Both the position numbers and the translations under genes were made by a program. From the NCBI RefSeq assembly GCF_030684315.1, contig NC_081378.1:14562575-14626574 (forward strand): DNA of 64,000 nt, given 5' to 3'. The notes under the pieces are model-generated. The model was not told the DNA's origin, made no database searches, and saw only the letters and a list, made by a program, of their open reading frames with translations. The stretch's first letter is position 1. Each line of letters begins with the position of its first letter. The stretch comes from Stegostoma tigrinum. Its lineage: Eukaryota. Below are positions 38,161 through 52,610 of this stretch, one piece after another.

Positions 38161-38574
38161 CTATGATAGAAGACAGACAGCTGAATCAAATCCGCCTTCC
38201 TGCCTCTGTAGTCACAACACGAGTAAAATTAAAAGCTTCAAAGATACTCAAAATTGATCCTCAAGGTTCCGAAGCAGACTTTTTGAATAACCAATCCCAA
38301 ACTTTGCCAGCAATCAATTCCAAATACCAGTTTGTATCTTGATCAAAAGACTTATTGATTTATTAACAACATGGTAACTTTAGCGAGTAAAAATTAAGTG
38401 ACAAGATAATCTGGTTTATGCTGTAAACCCAAAACCTTTGTCTTCAGCCCTAGTCACATACAAGACCGACAGATAAGCAAACACAGTAAAGGGCCAAGTT
38501 AAACAAAATAACAAAATTGACCAGATTACTTCAGTGATTTTCATGGTGTATTGTTCCAAGAGCATAATTAAAGG

Positions 38575-38915
38575 CTTCTCGTTTATTGAGGGGTATTAAA
38601 TCATGAGGGGCATGGAAAGGGTGAATGCATAAAGTCTTTTCCCCAGGGCATTGGTTTAAGGTGAGAGGGTATAGATTTAAGAAGGACCTGAAGGGCAACA
38701 CCTACTAACAGAATGGTGCGTGTATGGAATAGGCTGCCAGAGAAAGTAGGTGAGGCATGTACAATAGCAACATGTGAAAAACATTTGGATAGGCACATGG
38801 ATGGGAAAGATTCAGAGAGATATGGACCGAAATATATTCAATTGGAACTAGCTGAGTGGGCACCATGGTCAACATAGACCGGTTTGGGCCAAAGCTATAT
38901 TACTGTATGACTCTG
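38575..38915 (+). mobile_element. CR1 3' fragment
   Basis: aaatcatgaggggcatgg...ggtttaaggtgagagggt...ctgtatgactct. Confidence 0.75.
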
Positions 38916-39454
38916 AGCAGCAAATCTGGGGATAATTGAAAAAGCCTGCTCAAGGACCATTGCAGTCGGATTATTGTACTAAATGTGATGTTGATCTATT
39001 TCATGCCACTTAATTGGAAGGCTTTCAACTGTGTGACTGAGGTTGCTGTCTTTGTCAGTCATTGTGCACTACACAATTTGAAACACTTAGTGTGCCACTT
39101 TTTGATCGTTTTTTTTCTTTTAAGAACATTATTGACACTTTTAGTTTCATGTTCATGTGCATTTGCTAAGATCTGGCAGTAAGTATGATGTGAACATGTA
39201 CTCGGTTTTAAAAACTGCTTTAGACAGGAACTTAGTAAATCAATTGTAGGGTGTATGGAATAGCTACATTGGATGAATCTTTGTGTCAACACATATCGGG
39301 GAACTGTCTTATGTACCAGCAAGTCTAAGTTGTCGGATGCCAACAATTCGAGTTACTGGTATATTGTATCAATCAACCCAAGTACGTAAATGTTCCATAT
39401 TTCCATGAACAGTTTTAAGAATGAATCCCATTTGAAAGCTCTCAAAAGTGATAT

Positions 39455-39835
39455 TAATTGATTTATTTATTGTCACATAAAGCTTTTCATGGTATTTTGG
39501 TTTGTTTACAAGCAGTATGGGCAGATCTTAGTAAGTTCAAGGGTGTACAGATCAAAAAGACTTTGGAGGCATGAAGGTTACTTTGCATAGGGCATGTGCG
39601 AGATGAAATCAGTGTTATTTAGAGTCCATTCATCGGTCTGATGATGGCTGGAAGAAGCTGTTCCTGAACCTACTTGTGTGTCTGTTCAGCTTTCTGTACC
39701 TTCTGACTGAAGAGGCTATAGATTGTTACCGGAGTGCGATGGGTTTTTGATGGCACCCTTTCCGTGGCAGCTAGCTGTGTAAGTGGAGTGTGTGGATGGA
39801 AGGTTGGCTTCCACGTTTGCCTGGGACATTGTGCA
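39455..39835 (-). mobile_element. Rex1/Babar-like 3' fragment
   Basis: atttatttattgtcaca...agtccattcatcggtctgatgatggctggaagaagctgttcctgaacc is reverse-complementary in character to the 15.7-15.9 kb tail. Confidence 0.6.
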
Positions 39836-41119
39836 CAGTTGAGTTAGCTTGTAAATCAATGGTTGGGTTAGGTATCTGTATTCACTTTATTCTACACTTA
39901 AAAATATAACAGAAGGAAGTATGATACTTGGAACAATTTTGCAAGATTAAATTTTTTAGGTTCTAGTCTACAACTGTTGAATCATTTGAAAATATGTTCT
40001 TGCAACTTTTTTTTTCTTCTACACTAGCTGGGTTCCATTTGGTGCAAAATTGTGATATTCAGCATGGAAGATTTTGATATAATTTCTTGGAAAGGTGTTA
40101 ATTACAATGGAAAGCTATTTGTGGATAAAATATTATTATTGTCATTTAATATTACTCAAATAAAACTTTCAGCCAGATTGAAACTGTATGAAATCGAGAA
40201 ACAAGGTTTTCAGGCTGTTGCTCAGATTGGGCAGATCTCTGTGCAGCTTTATCAACCTTCTACTGACTCTCATGAAGACATCTAGGAATATTTGTGGGCT
40301 TGCATTTGACCTTAATGCTTCTTTCTTAGAAAAATGATCTCTCATTCTGGCATATTCAACCTTGCATGTGTTTGTTGTCTCTGCCTTTATTTAGCTTTTA
40401 TTATACCTTCCATGGGATGTTTTGGGATATTTTCTGATATAAATGGTATGACGTAAACAGTCTTATGTTTCATCTGAATAGTTCCCAAATATTCACTATC
40501 ACTCCAGGCAACATGAGCATTTCAATCAATTACCTATGCAGTGTGGGCTTTGTTGCTTTCATCAAACAAAACAAAATTCAAATTTGTGTTGTTGTTCAGT
40601 GTTCTCTGAACTTTGGGAGTTTCGATTTTATCTGATTTTCCTAGAATTACATTTGTATTGTTCAGCTGGTCTTGCAAGCCTTTTTTTTTTTGCTATATTT
40701 TGTTAGATGTAAATGGACGTGTTTATTTTTTGGAGGATTTTGGGGTTGCTTTTAAGCATCTTTTCCTTTGTAGCGCTGAGGCCAGCAATTTTTGGTTAGG
40801 GTCTGAGGTGCCTCCAGGACAAAATGTATTCCATTCTCATGATTGGAACACGATGGTCAAACTCTCAGTGAGCACTTATTCTTTTTGAATATTTGAGGTA
40901 TACACAACCAACATTTGTCCCATATCACTCTTAAACTCTTCCTATTCATGTATTACCAGTTGTCTCATAAACAAGGTATTTGTACCTGCCTTCACCATTT
41001 TCCTCTGTTAGTTTGTCACGTATGTGTGCCACTGTCTGCATAAAAATGTTGTCCCTCCCTTTTTTTTGCTTTTGTCTTTTTAAAGCTTTCCCCTCATCCC
41101 TAACTTCTTCCTTCTGGAT

Positions 41120-43880
41120 TTGGACTCCCACACATCCTAGGAAAAAGATCTTGACTATTCACCCTATTCATGTCTCTCATGATGTTATAAACCTCTATAA
41201 GGTCAACCCTCCCTCTCTCATGCTCCAGGAAAAGAAAAATCCATCCCTTTCGGCTTTTCTCCATAACTCAACCTCCAAACCTTTTCTGCACCTTGTTTTT
41301 TTTCAGGTTTCATAGCATCCTTCTTATAGGAGAGAGACTAGAATTGAACACAGTATTCCAAAAGTGCTGCAACACGACTTCCTGACTCCTATACTCAGTG
41401 CGCTGACCAATGAAGGCAAGTGTGCCAAACACTATCTTCACCACGCTGTCTACCTATGACTCCACTTTCAAGGAACCATACACTTTCAATACTCCCTCGG
41501 GATCTGCCATTACCAAGGTCCTGCCCTGGTTTGCCTTAGCAAAATGCAACTTCTCACATTTAGCTAAATTAGACTCTTTGTGTCCCTCCTCAGCCCATAG
41601 GACCTTGATTACCTGGGCCAATTGTTCTCTGAAATAATCTTCACTGACCATTGCACCACCTATTTTGGCCTCCCCTGCAAATTTACTAGCCATACCTCTT
41701 ACTGACATCTAAATAATTTAAGTAAACGACAAAAACTGGTACTGATCCTTGTTGTATTATTACTAATCTCGGACCTCCAGTCTGATGAACAATCCTTTAC
41801 TACCATGCTCCGTTTCCTACCTTTTTTAAAGCAATTTTATATTCAGTTGGCTTGCTCCCTCAGATCCCAAGTGTCCTAACCCGTCTACCGTGCGGAACCT
41901 TGTCGAACGCTTTACTGAGGTCCATATGGGTAACAGCTATCGGACTTCCTTTATCGGTCTTCTTTGCCACTTCAAAAAACTTCAGGCAAGTTAGTGAGAC
42001 GTGGTTTCTCATGCACAAAGCTATGCTGACTGTCCCTAATCAGTCCTTGCCTTTCAAATGCATATAAATCCTGTCACTCAGTCCCTGCCAACAACTTAAC
42101 CACCACTGACGTAAAGCTCACTGGTCTAGAGTTCCCTAGTTTTTTCTTACAGCCTTTCTGAAATACTGGCACCATATTAGCTACCCTAAAGCCTTCCAGC
42201 ACCCCTCTCATTGCTGTAGATGATACAAACATCTCAGCAAAGGCTGAACAAAGTTCTGGGAAACACCTGTTTAGGTTCTTGGGATTTATCTACTTTTTTT
42301 ATATGTTTAAAGACCTCCAGCACCTCTTGTATAATGTGAATGCTTTTCAAGACTTCGCTACTTATTTCCACGAGTCCTTAGCATTCACGTCCTTCTTTAC
42401 AGTAAATACTTACACAAAATATTTGAGTATCTCAGCCACCTCCCTGTAGTACCACGCATAGACCGCTATGTTGATTTTTATGGGACCCTATTGTGTCCAT
42501 TGTTATTCTTTTTGCTCTTGCTGTACTTAAGGAGGATCCAAAGAGATTCTCTAACTTTATTTGCCAAGGTATACTCCTACTGCCTTTACTCTCTTCCAGG
42601 GAGTCACTCAATTCGAGCTGTCTATGTATACTAGCTTTTTCTTGACCAGAACCTCCAATTTCTCTAGTCATCCAGCATTGCCTACCAGCTTTGTACTTCA
42701 CATGATCAAACATACTGCCTGTGAATTCTGATCATCTCATTCTTAAAGGCCTCCTACTTCCCAACTGTCCCTTTACCTGAGAATAGCCTCCTCTAATCAA
42801 CTTTTGCAAGTTCTTGTCTAATAGCATTAAAATTGGCTTTACTCCAGTTTAGCTATTTCATGTTTAGATCAGGTCTTCCCTTTTTCCATCGCTATTTCAA
42901 AACTAATAGAATTATGATCACTTGCCCCAATGTGCCTGCCCACTGACAACTCAGTCATTCACCTTGTCCTGCCTTATTTCTCAACAGAAGGTCAAGTATT
43001 GCTCCTTCTCTAGTTGGTACATCCACATAGTGAAAAACATATTTTCTTGTACATGCTTGACAGTTTGCTCTCCATGCTAGCCATTTATACCATCACAGTC
43101 CCAGTCCATCATTGGAAAGCTAAAATCCCTAATCATTACAATCCTAGGTTTTTTTTTAAAACAGCTATCCATTTCATACAGGTTTTTTCTACTCCTGAAA
43201 AATTGCAATGGTTCAAAATTGTGAATCCCAGTCTCTCAGATTCTTATCCTTCTGCTCTGTCCTTCTATTACAACTCCCTTTAGTAAGTGGCAGCAGTAGT
43301 AGTCCAGATATTAATAGCCTTGAAGACCTACCTTTCTAACCTCCTGCCTAGTTTCTTCTCCTTTTCTTTGGCAGAGTCTCATCCCTTTCCTTACCTAGGT
43401 CATTGTGCCAACTTGTATAATGACCTCCTGCTGATCACTATCCCCTTTGAATATTCTGCACTGTTTTTCTGATGTCTTTGACACGCACCAGGGAAGTAAA
43501 CACACTGTCCCAATGTCTTACTGACGGCCGCAGGAATGTCCATCTGTGCACCAGACTAGAGAGACACCTGTTACAAGTCAATCGCTTGGAATTTGACATA
43601 GCCCTCGTTAGAGTAGAGCCAATCACAATATTAGAAATGTGACTGTCAGTGTTATATGACCCCATGAACCCCCTACTCCCCCACCCTGCCAAAAAAAAAC
43701 TATTCAAAACTGCTTACCTCTAAGAGATTGACATAGCCACAGGAAATTCCTGCACTACCTGGTCAACTGTCCTATCATACTTTTTGTGGTCAGCAATCTA
43801 CCTGACTGTTTGTCTCCACCTTCCTCAAAACCATCCACCCCGCCTCGCTCTCGTAACTTCCCATTGCCTCTAACTGCCAA
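41120..43880 (-). mobile_element. Long degenerate CR1 (ORF1 remnant, APE, RT) with internal deletions
   Basis: GMASKFAGEAKIGG, KCEKLHFAKANQGR, CWMTREI and an IVIG...FLRPSV...RVKDI esterase remnant on the minus strand. Confidence 0.8.
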
Positions 43881-43889
43881 CTGAAGTGC

Positions 43890-44630
43890 TGTGAACAGTT
43901 TTGCTCGCCCCATTTCAGAAATTTATTATTTTATTGGAGGCCATTCAGAGAAAGTCAACAAGGATGACTCAAGTTTGAAAGGATCCATAAACCGTTTGGA
44001 GAAATTGGGACTCCACTCATGGGAGTTGGGAAGAATGAAGTGATCTGATTGAAACATAAAGGATTATAAAGGGGTGTGGCAGGATAAATACTGAGGATGT
44101 TTCACTCATGGGAGAGTCTTGGATAAGTGCCTGATTAGTCAGGGAATCAAAGGTTATGCACAAGGGTAGAAAAGTGAACATGAGGAACAGCAGGTCAGGC
44201 ATGATCCTTTTGAAATGCGAATCAGACTTGAGAAGCTGAATGGCCAAAACCTGTTTCTATTTCTCATGGTCTTAAACTGATAAAATACTAAAAGGATAAT
44301 TCAAGATAAATGCAGGAAGTTTGTTCCCGGTGACCAGGGAGTACAGGAGATGGGGTAGGCAATTTAGTTTTGAGGTGGGGTAGATTTTTGTGGATTTGCC
44401 CAGAGAATGGTGAGTTCATGGAATACTTTGCTGCGGAAAGTGGCTGAATCCAAAATGTTAAATGTTTTCAAGAAGGGGGTAATTATAGTTCTGAGAGGTC
44501 AAAGGATCAAGGGGTATGGGGAGAGTGCCAGTGTCGGTTACTTAGTGGGATGATCAACTGACATAAAATGAAATGGGAGAGCAGGCTTGAGGTCCGAAAA
44601 GCCTACTCCTGCTCCTACTTCCTGTGTTTC
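43890..44630 (+). mobile_element. Two tandem CR1 3' fragments
   Basis: Two CR1 tails ending ...gaatggccaaaacctgtttctatttctcatggtctt (about 44275) and ...gcctactcctgctcctacttcctgtgtttc (about 44630). Confidence 0.7.
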
Positions 44631-44689
44631 TCACTGTATTTTCTATTTGAAATCGCTAATGCCCTGTTCACACCTCCATCCAGACACGT

Positions 44690-44853
44690 CAAGAGAGCCA
44701 GAACTGCAGATGCTGGAGTCAGAGACAAAACTGTGTGGAGCTGGAGGAACACAGTGGGTCAGGCAGCAGCAGAGGAGTAGGCAAGTCGACCCAAAACACG
44801 GACTTTCCTACTCTGCCTGACCTGTGTTCCTCCAGCTCCACATGATGTGTCTA
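44690..44853. mobile_element. Penelope pLTR hairpin (another family), decayed
   Basis: tgtggagctggaggaacacag...ggtcaggcag is inverted against ctgcctgacctgtgttcctccagctccaca; tail gaactgcagatgctggag on the left. Confidence 0.7.
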
Positions 44854-45855
44854 GACGGAGACAACATCTCTGGTCTTTTTTTTTTGTCCAATCACTGCCT
44901 GTGATTTTTGGAATGTGAAACCACCTTCTGGCAGTTAACCTGAAGGCCTCCCCTTCACCTGATCACCGATCATTCATTCCCTTTGTTCACTTGCCTTCCT
45001 GCCACCCCAACCCCACTCCACCCCATGCCCTTGCTCACTGAGATTAGCCATTTAGCCAGTTTCTCTGTCCATGGATTTATTTACATTCAGAGTTTACATC
45101 AGGGAAAAAGTCATTTTTGCCTGTTGCGCCATCTTGACTCCAGTGAATATACATCAGTCAAATTATTCATGTCAGAAATGTACTGTTCTTTTATTAAAAA
45201 GTACAGGATTTATTAATTTAAATTTGAGACCATTAAAATGCTGGTTATTTGGTTGATAAGCAACTCAATCTGCATTTTTCTTTTGACATCATCAGAACCA
45301 CTTTCCTTAATTACTGTCTTACTGTTAATCACATAAATTGAAATATAAAACTACTATCTGAGAATATACAATTTTAACCGTTGGTCCTCAGCTAGTGGTA
45401 TGAACGTGGACACTGCAAAGTGTCACAACAAGTGAAATGATCGTCGCTTGAAGGGTCTAATGAGGTGCAATCAGTTAGTGAACTGCTTTGTTATTTTTAA
45501 AATGGTAGTAGCTACTGCATGTGACACTGTTTTCTCATTTGTTAAGGCAATTGCCCATAACACAGCAGTACATGTTAACTTTTTGTTACATGGGAAATTC
45601 AGTAATTTATGACTGGATGAGCTGTCTGGAAGGAATGGGTAAATAAGATGTCGAGTGCACTCTACAAAGTGAGCGAAGAAAGAACATTATGTTTTGCTAA
45701 TTTTTATGTTGTTCTTGCCTGTTGAACTTGGAGAAAGTTCCTTTTTTTTCCGTTCCTTTCCTTGCCCCGCCGTCTTCTCTCCACCCCATTGAGTGCAGTT
45801 TTTGCTGGTGATATGCAACTGTGTCTCAAACCTAAGTTGTGTTTCCAAATAAATT

Positions 45856-46050
45856 CAGAAACTGCTGGGCCCATTGAGCATGCCTGGCAGCATCTGTGGA
45901 GAAAAAAGCAGAATTAACATCAAGTTGTGACCCTTCTTCAGAATTTCACTTGAATCGAGTTTCTCTCCACAGATGCTGCCTGACCTACTAAGTTTCTCTG
46001 TCAATTTGTTTTTATTCTCAGATTTCCAGCATCCATTGTTCTTTGTTTCA
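45856..46050. mobile_element. Old Penelope pLTR hairpin (family 2-like)
   Basis: ggcagcatctgtggaga is inverted against tctccacagatgctgcc; central gtgacccttcttcagaa reads ttctgaagaagggtcac on the minus strand. Confidence 0.7.
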
Positions 46051-46234
46051 CTTACATTTGTGATTCAAACTCTGTTTGGACTGCAAAGCTGCAACTTACA
46101 ATTAAGTTTTGCTATTTTCAGTATTTGGAAAATGCAGTATTTGCTGCTAGTGAAAAACACTCCTGCTATTTCAGTGCTAACAGAACAGCAACACGTTTTT
46201 GTTTTCTGAAAAAATCGTATTGTTATTTGTGCAT

Positions 46235-46870
46235 GTATTTGGGTGCCTCTCGTCATGCCAGCATTTATTGACCTTCCCTAGGCGCCCTTGAAGGCGATAA
46301 TGAGCTGCCTTCTTCAACTGCTATGGTTTGTTTCCTGTAGATAGACCCACAGCGCCATTGGGAAGGGAATCGCAGGATTTTCACCCAGCAACACGAGTCA
46401 GGATGGTTTGCAGCTTGGAGGGGAATTTGTACATGTTAGTGTAACCATTTATACGCTGCCCTTGTCATCTAAATGGTAGTGCATGTAAGTTTGAAAGGTG
46501 CAGTCTAAAGAAAATTCAATGGTAAACTTTGGTAGTCCATCTTTATTAGTAGCAGTTGTCTTTACAAAGCGTCAATATTGGAGGGAATGGATGCTTGTGG
46601 ATGTGGTGGCAATGCAGTGGGCTGCTTTGTCCTGTATGGTGCCAAGCCTCTTGAGTGCTGTTGGAACCACACACATCCAGGTACGTCTGGAGTGTCCCAT
46701 TATGCTCCAGACTGGTGTCTTTGTAGGTGAAGAGGCTTTGGTAAGTGAGGAGTTAAGCTACTCACTGCAGGAATCGCAGCCTCTGGGTTGCTGTTGTGGC
46801 CAGTGATCAGAATACTCATATGTCTACTTTGGTTCAAGTTCTGGTCATCATAACTCAAGATGATGCCAAT
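46235..46870 (-). mobile_element. Family-B LINE 3' fragment (further copies at about 47920-48200 and 48730-49030)
   Basis: gccagcatttattgaccttcccta...gagctgccttcttcaactgc is the reverse complement of the family-B tail. Confidence 0.7.
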
Positions 46871-49800
46871 GCAGGATGTCTATAGACTAGGCATTGTTTG
46901 AAGCCAGCATTGCTAAAAGCTTTGCATGATCCATGTCATCAATTTGAATCAAATACTAATTGAGGACCTTTTCCACCTCAGAACTGACTGTTATTTTGCT
47001 GTTGCATTTAAATTCTCCATTCCATGACTACTCATGCCAAACGTCATCAACCTGACACATCAATTTTGTTTCTCTTCTTTGATACTGCCTGATTACTCAG
47101 GACTTGCAAATTATTCTGTTTTGATTATGAAACTGTTTGAGTTCACTGCAAGACAGTACAAGTCTGTTTTTTGGTGGTTTCAAAATACCAATATCCACTT
47201 ACAAGATTTTTAATCATGCAACTAAGCTTCTCCCATCAAGGCATATCAATGAGCGTTGTATTAATTAAAGATCTAAGATAGGCTCTGCTTACCTTCAGCC
47301 TCATTGGAATAAAATGCATTTATTCAATTTAAAATGCGTATTCAATAAAAATAGTAAAACAAAACATAACAAAAAAAATTAAAATTGCATGCCATTGCTT
47401 CAGTTAAAAGTGACTTCAGTTTTCCATTTACTTTTGTGTAATCTGTCAGGACTTGGTCAGCATTGACATATCTTTCAGTTAATAACATTCTAAGTGATTT
47501 ATGTCTATTGATTAAATGTCAAGACTTGGCAGACTTGGTCTATATTATGGTAGATGTCTGTCATAGAAAAATAAACACAAACTCAGGATTGGATTTAGAC
47601 ATGTATTCTTTGGTATTGAGCTCAGAAAAGCTGACATTTTACCCCTTTGTAATGTATTCCAGTGCCAGTGAGAAAGTAAATCTGATTTTGACTGATATGT
47701 CTCAACTTGATACTGACAGTCCAGTGGAAGATAAAATGTGGTTAACATTTTTTTTCATTATAGCACACCTGACATGACCAGTTTCTCCAGAATAGCAGAC
47801 TGTGAATCACACATTATGTTTCTACACAACACTTCAGGCCTTTAATATGTCTTCAGAAATCACATGTAACAGCAGGATTTTTCAGATTTTTTTCAGAAAC
47901 TGAACATTTTTTTTTTCAGTTACTTACGGGATGTGAGGGAAATTGTAGGCCAGATTGTGTGTCTATATTCTTTGCACACAGCCATGAGCTCCCTCCTTGA
48001 ATTACTGCAGTCCACGTCTGACTCCCAGCAGTGATGGAGTGGCGATATTATTCAATGTCAGGATTGTGTAGGGCTCATAGGGGAACCTACTGAAGCTGAT
48101 TTGCCTTTGTCCTGCTGTGCTAAAGGTTGTAAGTTTTGCAAGGTGCTGTCAAGAGTCTCGATAATCTGCTGTAGCACAGTTCAAATGAGAGTAGTGTAGG
48201 GGAGGTGCAACAGCATCTAAAATTTTTCCATGGAAGGATGTCATTTGCCAAGAAACAAATAACTGCTTCCTTACCTCCTAATCAGAGCCCACACGTTCTT
48301 TAACTTTTCATAGAAGTGTAGCTGTGTCTATTTAGGTCACATTGGCTATCAAATGAGAAGTGATTTCAAAGAGGATAGTGTAGTAATATTGACAACTCAA
48401 ACTGATTCTCTTAAACTCAGGAGAAGTTAAGTAGTGCTTAGCATGTATGACCATGTCTAAAAATGAGTAAATATTATTTTGATGCCCAAGCAATATTAGA
48501 TGTGTTCTCTCTGCCGTCTGGTTGTGCAGAAACCCTGAAGTATGTGGTGGATAAACGAGCATTTTTTACAACAGTTGCTGCAGCTGCCTTTAAAATATTG
48601 TCTGGCCTGTCACTTCAATTGCCCACATACTCCAGAAGAGTTTTGAATGTATATTGCTTCAAAACACTAATTGTAAAAAGTTATTGATAAGGTACCTTTT
48701 TTGAGGAAGTAAATAAACTGAGATGCTGTCACATTCACGAGGTGCGGGTGATGCTGTTTACATCCCCAGTTGGCCTCGGAAGGTGGTGCCACACTGCTTC
48801 TTTTGAATGTTGCACACCATGGAGTGTAGGGACATCCACAGTGCAGTTGGGGACGGAGTACCTGGATTTTGAACTAGCAATTGTGAACCAAGTCAGGATG
48901 ATGTGTGGATTCATGGGGAACTTGCAGGTGGTGGGATTCCCATACATTTGATGGCCTTATCTTTCTAGATGGCAAAGGTCATGGGTTTGGGGTTTGCTGG
49001 AAAAGTAGTCTTTGTGAGTTACTGCTCAGGTTTCCATTGAATAGTTTTGTCTGGGAGAATCCCAGTTGGCTGACGGTAAACTGAAATAGGCTTTTTCCTG
49101 CTTGAAATTTCCTCCAAGATATCCATGGTTCTTTTACTTGTGAAGGATTTATTTTTTGTGCCAGGGCATGTAGTCACTTCATGAAGATGACTTGACTCAG
49201 ATTGCAAGGATAATCTTTGATTTGTTATTGTCAAATCCTATTAAGTCGAGGCTAGGGAAGTACCATTCAAGTAAAACTGCGGTTTTATCTATGGCAAAAC
49301 ATCACCACCGATTAGTTTTGCTATAAGGATACATATGATTTGCAATGTCAATGGTTACACTTGAAGCTGTTAGAATAACTTCTGACGTTTTAAAATGGAT
49401 GAAATTGACTCATCAGCCTTCATCAAAATAAATGTGCTCATGCAACATTTGTCGTCCTGTCTTCATTCACTTTTTCAGTGTGTACATCCCCAATGCTGTA
49501 GCAGCATATTTGACTGGAGAGTGTATATACGACAGATAGTAACAGATAACAGCCTATATGTAATCTAGCCACTTAAGTGTCTGATTTCTGAACTGTTTGT
49601 TTGTATTATTTTCTGACTAACAATAGGTCCATTAGTTTATCAGCACTAAGTAAATAAACATTCAACTAGATATCAGGATATCCTGAAGTATTTTAGAGCT
49701 GTTGATGTACTTGTACTTGTGAAAAGTTACAACATGAAGTTTCAAGCCTTTATTTAGAAAACCAACTAATGCATTTTGATAGTCACAGCTTTTAACAACT

Positions 49801-50019
49801 GACAACAAAATTGCTGCAATAAATGAGAAAAAATTGGAGGCCAAAGCTCTTGATGTTCATATGACTCTGTGCAGACCTTTTACAAAGGTGCAGAGTGTCA
49901 TGGCATTACCTGCAAGTAAAGATGAACGAGCTGTTTCATGGGAGTATTCAATAAAAGTTGTGAATAGGCAGTTAGGAAAAAGAGCAAGTCAAATCATCAA
50001 GCAAGAATTAAAGCAGAGT

Positions 50020-52610
50020 ATGAAGTAGGACTGAAACTAAACTGCATTTATTCCAATGCAAGAGGCCTAACAGGTAAGGCAGATAAACTAGGAGCATGGA
50101 TAGGAACATGGGACTGGGATATCATAGTGATTACAGAGATGTGGCTCAGGGGTGGACAGGACTGGCAGATTCATGTGCCGGGTATGGATGCTATAGGAAG
50201 GATGGTAATAGAGGAGGGGGAGTGGATTTCTTGATTAACAATATGGCTGTACTTGGGGCATTCCTGGGAATATGTCCAAGGAACTTATTTAGATGGAACT
50301 GAGCAATAATAAAAGGGTGACCATCTTGGTGGGATTGTATTATAGACATGCCAGCAGTCAGTAGGAAATTGAGAAGCATCTGTATAAGGAGATTGCGGTC
50401 ATCTGTAAGAATAATAGGATGGTTTTTGTCAGGCATTTTAATTGTCTAAACATACACTAGGATTGCCATAGTATGAAGGACTTGGATGGAGAGGAATCTC
50501 GGTGTGTATGGGAAAATTTTCTGATTCAATATCTGGATGTACCTACTAAAGAAGGTGCAAAACTTAATCTAATCTTGGAAAATAAGACAGGGTGTCAGTA
50601 GGGAGAGCACTTTGGGGCCAGTGACCGTAATTCTGTTAATCTTAAAACAGTGATGGAAAAGGATAACAAAGTGTGAAGCTGGATGAACACAGCAGGCCAA
50701 GCAACATCTCGGGAGCACAAAAGCTGATGTTTCGGGCCTAGTCCCTTCATCAGAGAGGGGGATGGGGAGAGGGTTCTGGAATAAATAGGGAGAGAGGGGG
50801 AGGCAGACCAAAGATGCAGAGGAGAGTATAGGTAGGCAGGGGATAGGTCAGCCCAGGGAAGATGGACAGTTCAAGGAGGTGGGATGAGGTTAGTAGGTAG
50901 GAAATGGAGGTGTGGCTTGAGGTGGGGAAGGGATGGGTGAGAGGAAGAACAGGTTAGGGAGGCGGAGACAGGCTGGGCTGGTTTTGTGATGCAATGGCGG
51001 GGAAGAGGATGAACTGGGCTGGGGGAAGAGGAGATTTTGAAGCTTGTGAAGTCCACAACGATACCATTGGGCTGCAGGGTTCCCAAGCAGAATGAGTTGC
51101 TGTTCCTGCAAACTTCCGGTGGCATCATTGTGGCACTGCAGGAAACCCATGATGGACATGTCGTGTCAGGAATGGGAGAGGGAGTTAAAATGGTTCACGA
51201 CTGGGAGGTGCAGTTATTGCGAACCGAGCAGAGGTGTTCTGCAAAACGGTCCCCAACCCTCTGCTTGGTTTCCCCAATGTAGAGGAAGCCACACCAGGTA
51301 CAATGGATTGCAAGTTGTTGAAGGAAATCCTGAGGGACAGGATTTACATGTATTTAGAAAGGAAAGGACTGATAAAGAATAGTCAGCATGGCTTTGTGTG
51401 TGGAAAATTTGTCTCGCTATTTTGACTGAGTTTTAGTGGTGGACATGATCTATATGGACTTCAGGGAGGTGTTCGACAAGGTTTTTGACGGTTGACTGGT
51501 AAGCGAGGTTAGATCATCTAGAATACAGGGAGAACTAGTCATTTGGAGGTAGAACTGGCGAGAAGATAGGAGACAGAAGATGGTCGTGTCGAGTTGCTTT
51601 TCAGGCTAGAGGCCTGTGACCAGCGGTCTGCCACAAGGATCAGTGCTGGAACCACTGCCTTTTGTCATTTAATATAAATGATTTAGATGTGAACACAGGA
51701 GGTATGGTTAGTAAGTTTGCACATGACACAAAATAGGTGGTGCAGTGGACCGTGAAGAAGGTTACTGCTGAGTACAATGGGACATTAATCAGATGGGCCA
51801 GTGAACCGAAGAGTGGAAGATGGAGCTTAATTTAGATAAATGTGACCTGCTACGTTTTGGGAAGGCGAGTCAGTGCCGGACTTATACACTTAAAGGTAAG
51901 GGCCTGGGGAAGCATTGCTGAACGAACAAAATGCAGGTTCATGGTTCCTTGAGGGCGGAGTCCCAGGTATACCAAACAGTGAAGAAGGCGTTGGGTAGGC
52001 TTGCTGTTATTGGTCAGTGCATTGAGTATAGGAGTTGGGAAGTCATTGTGGCTGTAGAGAACATTGGTTAGGCCACTTTTGGAACACCGTGTGCCGTTCT
52101 GGTCTCCCTACTATAGTAATGATGTTATTAAACTTGAAAGGGTTAAGAAAAGACTTAGAAGGATATTGCCAGCGTTGGAGGGTTTCAGCTACGGGGGAGG
52201 CTGAAAAGGCTGAGTTTTTTTAGCCACGAGCATCACAGGTGTAGGGGTGACCTTTATTGAGGTTCATAAAATAGTGAGGGGCAGGAGATAGGCTGAATAG
52301 CCAAGATCTTTTCCCCAGGGTAGGGAGGGTGCAAAACTGGAGGCTATAGGCTTAAGGTCAGAGGGAAAAATTTAAAAGGGACCCAACTTTTTCACAGAGT
52401 GGTATGTGTATAGAATGAGTTGCTAGGGGCAATGGTGGAGGCTGGTACAATTACAGCCTTTAAAAGGCATTTGGATGGGCATACAAATGGGTGGGTTTAG
52501 AGGGATATGGACCAAATGCTGGAAAACGGGCTAGATTAATAGAGAATACCTTGTTGGTAGTCATGAGTTGGATTGAAGGGTCCGTATCCTTGCTGTACAG
52601 CTCTGTGGCT
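50020..52610 (+). mobile_element. CR1 ORF2 and 3' UTR, interrupted by a Penelope insertion
   Basis: APE part 50030-50665 (aactgcatttattccaatgcaagaggcc...), RT part 51309-52610 (KLLKEILRDRIYMYLERKGLIKNSQHGF...). Confidence 0.88.
50662..51308 (-). mobile_element. Penelope family-1 3' fragment: GIY-YIG endonuclease and pLTR
   Basis: Minus strand encodes IHCTWCGFLYIGETKQRVGDRFAEH...MSIMGFLQCHNDAT...LGTLQPNGIVVDFTSFKIS, then the pLTR with ctgatgaagggactaggcccgaaacatcag at 50724-50755. Confidence 0.92.
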
